From the NCBI GenBank assembly GCA_963717145.1, contig OY970325.1, positions 128,001 to 192,000 of the forward strand: a stretch of 64,000 nucleotides of DNA. Reading direction: 5' to 3'. The position numbers and the translations under genes were made by a program. Positions 30,651 through 41,558 of this stretch are shown here, in pieces. The notes beneath the pieces are model-generated. The model did not search any database. It was given only the letters and a program-made list of their open reading frames with translations, and had not been told where the DNA came from. Positions within the stretch are counted from its first letter, which is position 1, and every line of letters begins with the position of its first letter. The stretch is from an uncultured Armatimonadetes bacterium. Lineage in GTDB: Bacteria > Armatimonadota > UBA5829 > DTJY01.

Positions 30651-31105
30651 GATGCCGCCCCCATCCTGACCGCCAGACTGACTATGAGCCCCGACTGCGC
30701 CATCGCCAACCCGAGCAATACAATAAGCCCGGCTGTAGCCATAGCAAGCATACGCAGGCTCTTGTTTCCAGTGATGGTCTGTCCCCTGACAACCACAGGC
30801 AGATATGTGGCCAGAAGTAGAAGTACCAGAAACAGATGCTCCTTCGCCTCCATGAATAACGAATGCGCCCACGGCCTGGCGCCGGCCAGCACCGCCATCT
30901 TGTCGGTGACGTAGAATGAAACGTACCAGTATCCGCCTGATATGAAAGCCAGCCAAACGAAGACCGCCGTCGCCACGCCGGCAATGAACACCCTTCTGCC
31001 GTTCTGCTCGCTGGCGTTCAGCAGCTCAGCCAAAGTCCACATTGCTGCTAATATGCAGACCAAGCCAAACATCACGTGAGCCGCGAGAATACCGTCTGCC
31101 TTCAT
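30647..31105 (-). CDS. 4-TM membrane protein
   Basis: Four TMs, PWAH..FME.KEHLF motif. Confidence 0.65.
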   Translation of the reverse strand: MKADGILAAHVMFGLVCILAAMWTLAELLNASEQNGRRVFIAGVATAVFVWLAFISGGYWYVSFYVTDKMAVLAGARPWAHSLFMEAKEHLFLVLLLLATYLPVVVRGQTITGNKSLRMLAMATAGLIVLLGLAMAQSGLIVSLAVRMGAAS

Positions 31106-31329
31106 GACGATCCTCCGAATAGCCGCCGCACTGCGTATCGTGGCCAGGTTCAGTATACCATCTTCCTGATGACTGGGTTGGCGAAGCTCGACCTCGTGAG
31201 GATGCAGGGGTGGCGGGGGTGGGATCATCGAAGCTGGTCAGATACTAGAGCAACCAGGCCGTCCCATAAACAGGGACGGCCTGGGCAAGAACCGTTTGCT
31301 TCTCTAAGCCCACTTGCGTCAGTGAGTCC

Positions 31330-32325
31330 TCACAGTTTGCGGCGACGCACCATCCAGCCGGACATACCCAATAGTCCCGTGACAAGCGTCAGCAGGGCCG
31401 ATGGTTCCGGCACGGGCGCCAGGTTCACTGCGACCATATTTGCAGAGATGAAGTCTCCGAGTTCGTCGGTAGGATCGCCTATACCATCCCAGTTCGAGAG
31501 CGGTGCATGGTCCTCGGCCTTATATGCGCCAGTGTACTTGTAGAACTCGTAACGACGTATAACGGCCTCGGCGTTGTTGCCAACCGCTCCCCCATCTATC
31601 TCCGGAACCCCACCCTCAAGTAGCGCCCATTCTGTCTCGATCTCGACGCCGTCCTGAGGCACTATGCTGTCAGGGCCTGAGATGAGTTCTTCGAGGTCGA
31701 CTGGACGTTCCATTTCGATCACGAATACCTTCATCCATAGCGAATCGGGCAACTGCGGTTCTACTTCAACTGGTTCCGGAACCTGAACTACCGCCTGCAA
31801 GACCGGCGGATTGCCGGGGACCACGGCAGGAACATAGTTCCAGGTCGCCGTAGGTACGGACATCGGAGTCGTTCCGATTCTCTGTAACTGCTGGTCGAGC
31901 CAGAAGTACCGGGTGGCAGTCGGCTGCGATGTAACTGAGAACCCGAAGTGCTCGGCTCCCTTGATATTGACGGCGTAGTGTCCGTTGGTGTTTTGACCGA
32001 CGGTTGGTGCGATGAAACCAAGGGGATCGAAGTTGTATCCTGAGAACTCGATGTGTGTGCCGAATGTCGCCCCACTCGAGTACTCGTGCATGTTCATGTT
32101 GTTGAAGTGCGACGGATATGTCTTATACACCTCGGACGGGTGTAAGCCTTCCAACTCCAGTTCGGCGCCGTATGCGTTGCTGGTGGTGTCATTGAACACA
32201 TCGAAGTTGGACATCGTTCCGGAAATACCCACCAGAGCGAAGGCGGGTGTCAAACCTGTGGCGATGATCACAGCCGCTATGTAGACAGCCGTATTGCGAC
32301 GCACCGCGCCGAGAATGCTAGACAT
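31330..32325 (-). CDS. PEP-CTERM surface protein
   Basis: Signal peptide; VPEPS + TM + RRRK; extra internal VPEP. Confidence 0.88.
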   Translation of the reverse strand: MSSILGAVRRNTAVYIAAVIIATGLTPAFALVGISGTMSNFDVFNDTTSNAYGAELELEGLHPSEVYKTYPSHFNNMNMHEYSSGATFGTHIEFSGYNFDPLGFIAPTVGQNTNGHYAVNIKGAEHFGFSVTSQPTATRYFWLDQQLQRIGTTPMSVPTATWNYVPAVVPGNPPVLQAVVQVPEPVEVEPQLPDSLWMKVFVIEMERPVDLEELISGPDSIVPQDGVEIETEWALLEGGVPEIDGGAVGNNAEAVIRRYEFYKYTGAYKAEDHAPLSNWDGIGDPTDELGDFISANMVAVNLAPVPEPSALLTLVTGLLGMSGWMVRRRKL

Positions 32326-32618
32326 GTGTATACCTCCTCTTGCTACCAGAATAGTTTCGGCCCCGCCGACGCGTGCCGATCTCACTCAAGGTCTTAGCTT
32401 CCCAGATCATCCGCAATACCAAACGCGACCTTTGGAGGGTTTCTTTGCCGGTGCTATATACCTGCTGAATACACGAAACAGTTGCGAAACCCCGGAAGCC
32501 TCGGGGAAGGTTCGCATATGCGGAAACCGGGTAGACAAGAGAGCAAACACTCGGGCACAGGCAACTACCAGGGAAGCGATCGCGAAGACGATCTGCCTGG
32601 ACGAGAAAGGAGTCAGTG

Positions 32619-32975
32619 ATGGGTAAGGCTGAGCACAAGGATTTCAGGTCGCCGGACGAGGTGCGGACCTTCCAAAAGGGCAAACTTGAGCTTCTGAATA
32701 TAGGGGATGGGGTAGTGGGGAGACTCACGCTCGAACCAGGTTGGCGCTGGTCGGAGCACGTCAAACCGATCGCAGGGACGGAATGGTGCGAGGCTCCGCA
32801 TTTTCAATACCAAATCGCCGGACGCCTGCATATCGTGATGTCCGATGGGACTGAGTTCGACTCAGAACCCGGGATGGTCACCAAACTGCCGTCCGGACAC
32901 GACGGCTGGGTGCTGGGCGATGAAGAGGTCGTGCTCATCGACTGGGCGGGGGCCGGCAACTACGCGCAAGCATAG
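32619..32975 (+). CDS. Cupin-domain protein
   Basis: EPGWRWS..C..H..GRL..GHD.WV.GDE. Confidence 0.85.
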   Translation: MGKAEHKDFRSPDEVRTFQKGKLELLNIGDGVVGRLTLEPGWRWSEHVKPIAGTEWCEAPHFQYQIAGRLHIVMSDGTEFDSEPGMVTKLPSGHDGWVLGDEEVVLIDWAGAGNYAQA

Positions 32976-33021
32976 CGCGTGGCCGTCCCAGGGAGTTCGA
33001 AACACAGCCTGCCGACGGCTG

Positions 33022-34518
33022 TCATGGCCTTCGACGTGGCGTCTGCATCTTGCTGCCATCGGCATATGGGATGTTGCCGGACGCATCAGTGGTGTAGCCC
33101 CAGGTATCGAGGTAATACTTCCGGGGGCGAAACGTGTCTCCGATGCGCAGCAGTGCCTTCTGGAGGCGGGCATCCATCTCCTTCTGAAGCGACTCGGAAT
33201 CCGACTGCCCGATGAGATTCTTCATCTGGTACGGATCCTGCTCATCGTCGAACAGCAGAGCGGGACCGTTGATGGTGCGAACGTAAGTGTGCCGATCGGT
33301 GCGAATGGCGCGGTATGGCGGCTCGTTCATGGCGCCGGAGAAGGGCGCCGGGAGCATGTACAGCGCGGTTCGATCCTCTTCGTTTTTCCCGCGAATCAGA
33401 GAAGCCAGACTGTCGCCCTCGAGTCCCTTCGGCTCCGGCACCTTGGCGAGTTCGAACAGGGTCGGCAGAATGTCTACCGTGCCGATGGGCGTCTTGACCA
33501 CGCGTCCCTTGAGTCCCAGTTCGGAGGGATACCGCAGCAGGAAGGGCACGCGAGCTGATTCGTCCCACGGGACTTGCTTGAACGTGGGCCTGAAGCCGTG
33601 AGAGCCAAGCATCTCGCCGTGGTCGGATGTGAACACGAGTATGGTATTCTCGGCCAATCCCGTATCCTCGAGTGTGCGCACTATGTCGCCGATGCAGGTA
33701 TCGAGCGCCGTGCAGTGGCCGTAGTATCCCTGGGCCTCCCTGCGGGAGATCTGCTGCAGGGCATCCGGTACGTTTGTCGGCAACTGAATGCTCTCCGGTG
33801 GGTAGAGCGCCTTGTACTCCTGTGGCGCGGTCTCATGCGGGAAATGGGGCGTACCATAGGAGACAAAGAGCGCGAAGGGCTTCCGGGTCTTGGCATGGTC
33901 CCGCAGATACTTCTGCGCATCTTTGGTCTGCGCGAAGGCGTCGTAGCCCTGCCAGTACTGAATCGCATCCGACCTGCCGGTGTAGTAGTGTGAGTGCGGG
34001 TAATTGTGGTCGCACTCAGCCGCCTTCCAGTATTGGAATCCCTGGCGTCGCTCAGGAGGGATATACGCGGAGCGTCCATGTCCATCCAGGTGCCACTTGC
34101 CTATGTAGCCGGTGTCGTAGCCGGCCTGATCGAGCATCTCAGCCATGCAGAGATGATCTTCGGGCAGGTACAGATCGTTCATGAACATGCCCGTGCTCGT
34201 CGGGTAACGGCCGGTCAGCAATGCGGCGCGATACGGCGTGCAGACAGGGCAGACGGAGATGGCGTTGCGGAAGTTGACGCTCTCGTGTGCCAATCGATCC
34301 AGGTTCGGCGTCTTCACGTTGGGATCACCCTCGTAGCCGGTAGCCGACGCGCGCCACTGGTCTGCGAGCAGGTAGACTATGTTAGGATGCTTCAAAGCCT
34401 TGCCGGTCTCCGCCGCGTTCATTAGTCCTCCCGAGCCGAGAAATCCAAGGCCGATCGCTCCCGCGCGCTGCAGGAAGGATCGCCTGCTTATCGAGTCTTG
34501 CCTATCCTGTCCGGCCAT
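33022..34518 (-). CDS. Tat-exported formylglycine-type sulfatase
   Basis: SRRSFL, PNI..ADQ, CTPYRAALLTG, GKWHL, FTSDHG. Confidence 0.92.
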   Translation of the reverse strand: MAGQDRQDSISRRSFLQRAGAIGLGFLGSGGLMNAAETGKALKHPNIVYLLADQWRASATGYEGDPNVKTPNLDRLAHESVNFRNAISVCPVCTPYRAALLTGRYPTSTGMFMNDLYLPEDHLCMAEMLDQAGYDTGYIGKWHLDGHGRSAYIPPERRQGFQYWKAAECDHNYPHSHYYTGRSDAIQYWQGYDAFAQTKDAQKYLRDHAKTRKPFALFVSYGTPHFPHETAPQEYKALYPPESIQLPTNVPDALQQISRREAQGYYGHCTALDTCIGDIVRTLEDTGLAENTILVFTSDHGEMLGSHGFRPTFKQVPWDESARVPFLLRYPSELGLKGRVVKTPIGTVDILPTLFELAKVPEPKGLEGDSLASLIRGKNEEDRTALYMLPAPFSGAMNEPPYRAIRTDRHTYVRTINGPALLFDDEQDPYQMKNLIGQSDSESLQKEMDARLQKALLRIGDTFRPRKYYLDTWGYTTDASGNIPYADGSKMQTPRRRP

Positions 34519-34717
34519 GTCTTCCTCCCCGGGCGAGCCGATGTCCGGCCTCACCATCTGGTTGGGCGAGCGGCCATGCTTATCCTTCTCCCTTCTCGTT
34601 TCCCGGGAGGACCAGCGGTATGAACTGGGGTCACAGTGAAACTCCAGAAAGAACGAGCCCCCGGCAGTCCGGACTGCCGAGGGCATCGAGTGTGATTCGA
34701 GATGTGAAGCGGAGAGG

Positions 34718-35311
34718 CTATGCCCTACGCCGTCTCATGCCGATGACTGCGAACAATCCTCCGGCCAATACCACAAGCGATGACGGCTCGGGCACGGCGG
34801 TCGCTATGACCCAGGGATAGGCTCCCAGTCCGCCCGCAGCGAAATCAAGAGGATGATTCTTGCTTTGGAACACCTGCCCAATATAGGCCGGCCATGGATT
34901 ACTGCCCTCAACCCACGGATCGCCGGGAGTGTACCACTCCAAGATTGCATTGAAACCGCTCACCTGGGTCGCGCCTGACAACCGGAGGTCTCCGAAACCC
35001 AAGGGATTGGAGGGATTGACCTGACTCAGCGTGATCTGTGTTGGGGTGATGTGGACGAAATACGGGTCGATCACGGCCGAGGCGACGGTGTACGAGGTCG
35101 CCCCCATGAGGGTGAATGAGGCGGAACCGATGACACCCGTCGTCCAGTCGGCGGTGATAGTTCCCGACACGTGGTCGGTACGACCGGTCGCAATGGTATC
35201 GGTCTGGAGGGCAGGGTAGTCGACTATGGAGTAAGCCTGCATTGTCGCCTGCGCAGCCGAACCGATCGCCAGCAGCACGATCGCTGTCATTACTACGAGA
35301 ACGCTCTTCAT
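34718..35311 (-). CDS. PEP-CTERM surface protein
   Basis: Signal peptide; VPEPSS + TM + RRRR. Confidence 0.88.
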   Translation of the reverse strand: MKSVLVVMTAIVLLAIGSAAQATMQAYSIVDYPALQTDTIATGRTDHVSGTITADWTTGVIGSASFTLMGATSYTVASAVIDPYFVHITPTQITLSQVNPSNPLGFGDLRLSGATQVSGFNAILEWYTPGDPWVEGSNPWPAYIGQVFQSKNHPLDFAAGGLGAYPWVIATAVPEPSSLVVLAGGLFAVIGMRRRRA

Positions 35312-35910
35312 CTCTTTCTCCTTCTGATCTACTGGGCCTGTGGGATCTGCCGTCCCCTTGCACGTGCCAGGTGTGCTGGCCCAGATACTCACATAGTATC
35401 ATACGCCAACGGCCTGTCAATCCGACCTTAGTAGGGTTAGTATGCCTGATACGCAGAACCGGTAATATTACCTGCTCTGCCAACACCCAGTGGTCGATTG
35501 CCATGTGAGCAGAGGCCTGCCTGACATGCAGATGAACGCAAACCGACGAGCGTGCACAAGGCCATTGAGGACAACCTGCTAAGCGCATATCTTGCCCACG
35601 TGAACTCACTGACGTGAAGGCCGAATAGGAACGCAGATGAACAGCCCGCTGCCTCCGGCAACGCCGGGCGGGTAGTACTCGAACGAGGGGTTGTCCGCAG
35701 TATTTTGAGAAGAACATCCATCATAATATCGTTTGAATTAGCTACACAATGGAGACAAGTAAACAGATGACGGACTATATTCACCAGGTGCGTAGCTAAT
35801 ACGCAGATGGTGCGGTCGCATCGATGGTGGAGCTGCAATTACAGGGCATCGGAACCTCCACCGTTCCCGAGCCCGGCAGCCTGCATGAGAAGGAAAGGAT
35901 AGGGACTAGA

Positions 35911-37723
35911 GTGGAAAACCGAGTATCAGTGTTCTGCGCTGTGGCGATCATGATGATGATGGTGGTCGCGGCTACTGCTCCACAGGCAGTAGCCGCTATG
36001 GAGGATTTCTCCGGATTTACCACCGGCAATTTTTACCAACAGATTGTCGAGTTTGACTTGGGCTGGTCGCCGGCCAGCACCACCCTATGGGGAGGGGCAT
36101 TTCACCGAATGGCTTCAGGGATTATCGTAGATCTGGGTGGCACGGGCGGCAATGCACTGGAATTGCAGAACGTCGTAACCGGAGCCACCAATCCGATGCC
36201 ATCCTTTGCATCACCGGATCTTGGTCTGGGAAACGGCGTAATAGCCGGAGGGAATACCACGTTCTACTATTCGCTACGGTTCCGTTCATCCGACGACGTG
36301 CGGCCTACATTTGCGAGCGGGCAGGGGTACAACATCAACACGACCATTCGCTCGCAGATCATCCCAGGAGCGGGCGTTGCCAGGTCTGGGTGCCTGCAGT
36401 TTAGGGATAACTATGCGAGAGACGCCGAGGCCGGCAACACGTACACGGTGCGGGGGATTGGATGTGATACAGACTGGGTTTCCCTTCCAACCAGCACGTT
36501 CCTTCCGACCTACGGAACATGGTATCAAGCGTTCATGACTTACCACAGCAACCCCGGTTTCCGGGATGACACGGTGGACTACGTCATCAAGGACGAGTTG
36601 GGCAATACCTTGTGGAGTGAGTTGGGCCAGCCCGGTTGGGAAGGTGCCTGACTACGATGCGAGCGGGAACCCGAACTGGATGCCCGACTTGGGTCACGGC
36701 CTGCCGGAGTTGACGGGCATCGCATTCAACGTCAACTACCTGCCTCCAGGTAATGACTACGACTCGTACCCAGGCGGCATCTACCTGGACAACATGCAGT
36801 GGAGTGTGACTCTGGGTACGATCAACGTCCTCAAGTTCTTCGACCCCAATGGGAATGGCATCCAGGACTCGGGCGAAGTCCCGATGCCTGGCTGGACGAT
36901 CAAGTTGATGAAGATGGACTCAACCGGAGCTTACAATGTGGTCGGCACAGACACAACCGACCCCCAGGGCGAGACCTCGTTTGCCGATCTGGAAAGCGGC
37001 ACCTACGCTGTGACCGAGGAGTATCCCGGTCTGACTTGGACGAAGATCACCAGAGCGCCGGCGTGGTGTGATCGGCAAACCTCTGATGGGAAGTATCTGT
37101 TCACGAAAGCAAGCCTGGATGGAGGCATCTTCGACTTCGATTACTGCGGCTATGCCGGCAACGCCCCTCGCGTTGATGGTATAGTGGTTGGCACGGATGC
37201 GCATGACATCACATTTGGCAATGTGGGCTTGAAGATGGCAAGAGGTGGTTACAGCGTGAGCGATTGGTACAGGAAGAACAACAACTGGCTCAACAATTAT
37301 GAGCCCGCTTGGCGTCATCTCCTGAACGGATTCTGTCTTGTCGGACCTACGGGGAGTAGTTTCGATGTATCTTTGAAGAGTCGCTCCGGGTCTTCGGACT
37401 TCAAGACTTGGCTGCAGAAGGCTCAGGCGGTCAATATGGCTTACACGTTGTCGGCGCAACTGGCCGCAACTGCGCTGAACACGCATTTCAGAGGGCTGGA
37501 TCCCGACACAGCCATATTATTGCCGGCCTCACTGGCAACGTGTTACGGTAGTGAATTCGTGACCATCGGTGATGTGATGGCAGCGGCCGGCACAGCTCTG
37601 TGCAATGACCGATACACTCCCAAGGGTGATCCCAATCGCGCTCCGCAGGAGTGTTTGACGAACATATTGGCAGGGATCAACAACAACTCGTTCCGGTTTC
37701 TCTCACCAACACCGCAGATGTGA
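35911..37723 (+). CDS. Secreted protein with an SdrD-B/prealbumin-like domain, frameshift ~36645
   Basis: Signal peptide; KF.D.NGNG.QD.GE....GWTI.L..T.TD..G..F..L..GTY.V.E. Confidence 0.7.
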
Positions 37724-37752
37724 GCATCAGACTAGTTGTGCCAAAGGACTGA

Positions 37753-37796
37753 CTCACAACGAGTGGGACGGCAAGGAAGCCGTCCCACTCGTTGTG
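37753..37796. terminator. Strong hairpin after the 37723 stop
   Basis: CACAACGAGTGGGACGG..CCGTCCCACTCGTTGTG. Confidence 0.6.
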
Positions 37797-37868
37797 TTAC
37801 TTGCCTTGACCGTGCCGCGCGTGGTTGCATCATCCGCTTGGCAGGGAGAAACTCCATCTTGTGTTCTG

Positions 37869-37930
37869 TGGCGGAGGAACCGTGCCCTCCGCATAAAGTG
37901 CCGGCGGTGTTCTCTCAAGTCCAAGAGACC
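37869..37930. repeat. 62-bp structured repeat, copy A (starts TGGCGGAGG)
   Basis: ~85% identical to 40490-40552. Confidence 0.85.
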
Positions 37931-37972
37931 CATGTGAGTTTCGGGAACAAGCTTCCCGAAACACCGCTCAGC

Positions 37973-39196
37973 TCACTTGGCGTTCTTCTCTAGGCAGAGC
38001 AGTGCTCCCTGGCCCGGCGCGAGCCAGCAGTCTTCGCCTCCAAAGTCATAGGTATTGCCGCTGTACGCATTCACCTTCTGAACCTGCCCATTCTCTTTGA
38101 ATGTAACCCCGAATGGAGTGGACTTGTGGAGGTCCTTGTTCACCACCATCACGTAGGGCTGTCCGCCCGGCCCCTCGAACTCGCCGACAAGAAGGTTATC
38201 GCCGGTTATGGATTTCAGCAGCTTGCTTGTCGATATGCCCGAGCACTCCGCAGGCACCTCGGGATGGTGAAACACATTTGTACTCTTGAGAGTGACGTAG
38301 ACCGGGCAGAGGCGCTGAACCTGCATATTGACGTCACGCAGCATATCCCAGGTCGGCGTCTTGTGCCCGAACGGATCGATCGGAGACAGGCGATAGTTGC
38401 CCCTCGTTCTTCCGAAGTAGGTGAAGTAGCTGAGGCCACGGCCGCCGTAGGCCATAGTCGTGTATGCCTGGAAACGGAAGCCCGCCGGTGTCGGCTCGGC
38501 ATAGTGGAAGTGCGCGCAGGACAGCACGGTGTTCCAGAATGGCAGGTTGTGCTTTAGCGATGCTTTGCGCATGGACTCGAGGTTCCGGTAATAACCGTCC
38601 CGCACCGTCCCATCGTCCATCAGCGGATAGAAATCGTAGCTAAGGAACTGGGGCTGGACGGTTTTGACGAACAACTCAACATAATCATCATAGGTCGGGA
38701 CGCCGCCATACCATTCGGTAGGCGCATAGTTGGGCAATAGATTGATGTAAGCGAGCGCGTTTGGAGCGGCCTTCTTGAACGCCGCAACCCACCTTGCCAA
38801 TCCTGGGAACACATTTCCCGCCGGCTCGTCGCGCAGTGTATAGCCAAACACAGCCTTATGATTGCCGACGCGCTTCACTATGGCTTCCACTCGCCGATCG
38901 ATTTCAGGCCGATCGAGTTTCGCCTCGGCGTCGCCAACACTGCTATACACCAGGCACTGGAGACCTGCCGTGCTAACCGTATCCAGGTCCTCCGGGTGCG
39001 CGAACCCCGCCAGGTTGAACCCGCACTCGCGAATGTCCCTGAGCACATCCACGTCGTCCGGCACATCGTCCCACGGGATAATGGCAAAATCCGATGGTTC
39101 AAGCATAGGTTTCTCCACCGTTGCCGCAATCATGGTTGTAGCCAGGATTGAGGCCAGACCGGCTGTCACTGCCATCAAGAATACTGTCTTTCTCAC
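37973..39196 (-). CDS. Secreted glycoside hydrolase-like TIM-barrel protein
   Basis: Signal peptide, GY.L.DEP, LSYD.Y, G.RGLSYF; family unassigned. Confidence 0.65.
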   Translation of the reverse strand: MRKTVFLMAVTAGLASILATTMIAATVEKPMLEPSDFAIIPWDDVPDDVDVLRDIRECGFNLAGFAHPEDLDTVSTAGLQCLVYSSVGDAEAKLDRPEIDRRVEAIVKRVGNHKAVFGYTLRDEPAGNVFPGLARWVAAFKKAAPNALAYINLLPNYAPTEWYGGVPTYDDYVELFVKTVQPQFLSYDFYPLMDDGTVRDGYYRNLESMRKASLKHNLPFWNTVLSCAHFHYAEPTPAGFRFQAYTTMAYGGRGLSYFTYFGRTRGNYRLSPIDPFGHKTPTWDMLRDVNMQVQRLCPVYVTLKSTNVFHHPEVPAECSGISTSKLLKSITGDNLLVGEFEGPGGQPYVMVVNKDLHKSTPFGVTFKENGQVQKVNAYSGNTYDFGGEDCWLAPGQGALLCLEKNAK

Positions 39197-39233
39197 CCCC
39201 TACCTATCCTTTCCGCGTGCATATAACTGCGGA

Positions 39234-40373
39234 CTAGCTATCGAAGAGTCCAACACTTCGTGCCCTTTCGTAGTTCCCGGTTTCAGCGCTCGAGCAGGGA
39301 CCCCAGACGTAGGACTCGCGAACGGACACCTCCGGGCCGCAGATTTCCAAGGTGGTCTTTATCTTCGCTGTCACGAGATTCATAAGCTCTCGTGCTCCAA
39401 CAGTATCTCCTGATTTGAGACCCAGCTTCTGCAGAACCCGCAGATCCTTCAGTTGGTCTCTGGTATAGATCCATAGGCACATGTGCTTGTCCGGATCGTA
39501 GGCCGTGCAGGGATCACATACCATACAACAGCCTTCATTGAGCGTAACAGGTATGTCGGGGTTGTCCCGCATCTTAACGAGTATCTCGTGCAGATTGTCA
39601 ACATCGAGCGGATTCTCAAGATCGCCCAGACCATAGTGGCACATCAGACACATCAGGTGGTGTGGCCTTATAAACAGCCTGTCCGCTTGCTCTATTCTCT
39701 TACAAGACTCCGCCTTGGCTTTGCGCACTTCCTCTTTTGTTCTTATAGGCAGAAGTGAGTAGGGCCCGCAACCTAACAGGTCCTCTCCGAGGTTCCAACA
39801 TGCGTCCAGGGAGTAGCATCTCTCCCCGCCCTTCTCGCGAGTCTGTCTGTAGTAGTCGGTCCGAGCGTACTCGCACGTAGGCCAATCCTGAGACAGCTCG
39901 AAGTCCTGGTAGCATATTCCTTTGAGGCTCTCTACCTTGAGGAACAGCAACCGCAGCACATCTATGGCTGGGTGTACTGTGTTTGGGCGGATGTCGAGCC
40001 TGCAAAGAACCTCCAGGTCTTTGGCTCTATTGGCGTAGTCTGCCATGCGCGCAGAAAAACCCTCCGGGAGCTGAGCGTGACAGTCCGAGTTTATGTCCAA
40101 ATAATGCGAACGCGCCAGGTCGAGGTCCGCAGTCAGCTTGAGTTGTACGAACGGATGGGAGCGAATCGCCTCCCTTATCGCATCTGTCACGACGCTTCCG
40201 CACGGAGGTCTCTGAGCGCCGGCTGCCGCGCATATGGCGCAGAGCAAATGGTGCGCTCTCAGCTCGAACACTTCTTCGTCAGCACGCGTCTTAGCTTCGC
40301 TGGTGGAACATGTGTCAGGCACATCTACTGTATTGAACACATCCATATCAGGGTGATCTACATCGCGATCCAT
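39234..40373 (-). CDS. Tandem DUF1284-like Cys/His-rich metal-binding protein (start uncertain)
   Basis: Two RxHHLxC motifs, C..C..C, DL.VL..LG. Confidence 0.7.
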   Translation of the reverse strand: MDRDVDHPDMDVFNTVDVPDTCSTSEAKTRADEEVFELRAHHLLCAICAAAGAQRPPCGSVVTDAIREAIRSHPFVQLKLTADLDLARSHYLDINSDCHAQLPEGFSARMADYANRAKDLEVLCRLDIRPNTVHPAIDVLRLLFLKVESLKGICYQDFELSQDWPTCEYARTDYYRQTREKGGERCYSLDACWNLGEDLLGCGPYSLLPIRTKEEVRKAKAESCKRIEQADRLFIRPHHLMCLMCHYGLGDLENPLDVDNLHEILVKMRDNPDIPVTLNEGCCMVCDPCTAYDPDKHMCLWIYTRDQLKDLRVLQKLGLKSGDTVGARELMNLVTAKIKTTLEICGPEVSVRESYVWGPCSSAETGNYERARSVGLFDS

Positions 40374-40489
40374 GCGGTTTCCTCCGACGTTGACGATCTC
40401 TTCGTCGGCTGCATCGTGGATTCCTGCAAGTCTCAAATGCCAAAAGCCCCGGCGATCACGCCGAGGCTTCTAGCCTCTAACTTGTAGAC

Positions 40490-40552
40490 TGGTGGAGGAG
40501 TTGTTCCCTCCGCAAAAAGTGACGGCGGTTTTTCTCTCAAGTCCAAGAGACC
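40490..40552. repeat. 63-bp structured repeat, copy B (starts TGGTGGAGG, identical to the last 9 nt of tmRNA)
   Basis: Matches copy A and 41206-41214. Confidence 0.85.
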
Positions 40553-40584
40553 ATAGAAGGACTCCGCTCCAGTTCTCCCTTAGC

Positions 40585-41049
40585 TCATTCGTTAGCCAAA
40601 TCCCACCCAAAACCCAGCGGCGGGTCGTCATCCGTGCTCGGGTTGCCACCGGTCGACGCGTAGAGCGCGATAGCAGGCTCGTTATTGACGCCGGTAGTCA
40701 GAAACATCTTCCGGTGTCCTTCGTTACGGCATACGTCGATCATTGCCTGCATTACCATCTTGCCGATTCCCTCTCGACGCCGGCTCGAGATCACGCCAAC
40801 TTCGTGCACATACATCATACGCGTCCTGCCCCAGATGCACGGCATGCTGTAGCCTAACGCAAAACCGAGAGGCGCATCCCCCTCGTATGCCGCGACAAGG
40901 TAGTTACTATCCACAGCCAGAAAACCGGCGATGAACTCCGTGTCGATACGAATGTCCTCGCCGTCTTCCTCCAGTTTGCACTTATTCACGACATCGGCAG
41001 CCAGCCGCTCATCGCCTGGGAGCAGTCTTCTCGCTATGATCCCGGTCAT
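40585..41049 (-). CDS. GNAT acetyltransferase
   Basis: V....RREGIG, N.PAIALY.S.GG. Confidence 0.88.
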   Translation of the reverse strand: MTGIIARRLLPGDERLAADVVNKCKLEEDGEDIRIDTEFIAGFLAVDSNYLVAAYEGDAPLGFALGYSMPCIWGRTRMMYVHEVGVISSRRREGIGKMVMQAMIDVCRNEGHRKMFLTTGVNNEPAIALYASTGGNPSTDDDPPLGFGWDLANE

Positions 41050-41205
41050 TGCGCACCATCTTACCTTTCGATTCTTGCAAAACGCACCTAAGTTGTAACG
41101 ACCTCCAGCGCTATACAAAGCAAGACCACGCTCATATCGTCAGGACATGAGCGTGGTGCGGCTCACTCACATGAACAAACAGAGACGATTAATAACTAAT
41201 ATTGA

Positions 41206-41558
41206 TGGTGGAGGCGCGGGGACTCGAACCCCGGTCCAAAGAATAGCGCACATAAGCATCTACGAGCGTATCCCGAGATTTGTTTTCTCGCGCTTCGGTC
41301 TCCCTCGGGCAGGATACCTCTGCGCCAGCTCGATTTAGTGTCCCCTTCAGGCTCCCCGAGCGAGGTCCGTCAGGTAATCCGGCATTAGTTACGCCTGGAT
41401 CCGATCCGGCCGGAGGGGATCGGGCAGACGGGCTACCTTATTAGGCGGCCAGTGCGTAGCTGTTTGTGCCGTTTATAGGCTTCCCGCTTTTAACGAGGCC
41501 AGCGGGTCCTCGGCGCGCAACTCATGCTGCTATCGCTCTGTCAACTCCATTCGCCCCC
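41206..41558 (-). ncRNA. ssrA: tmRNA; tag reading (A)GTNSYALAA at 41441-41470
   Basis: 5' GGGGGCG pairs with 3' CGCCTCC-ACCA; T-arm GGTTCGAGTCC; ATAAAC before resume codon; YALAA then TAATAA. Confidence 0.95.

Noticed and set aside
40490-40552. Glycine riboswitch reading of the 62-bp repeat
   Set aside because: Lacks the GGAGA/CCGAAG/CTCAGG core, and in that orientation it faces gene 3' ends
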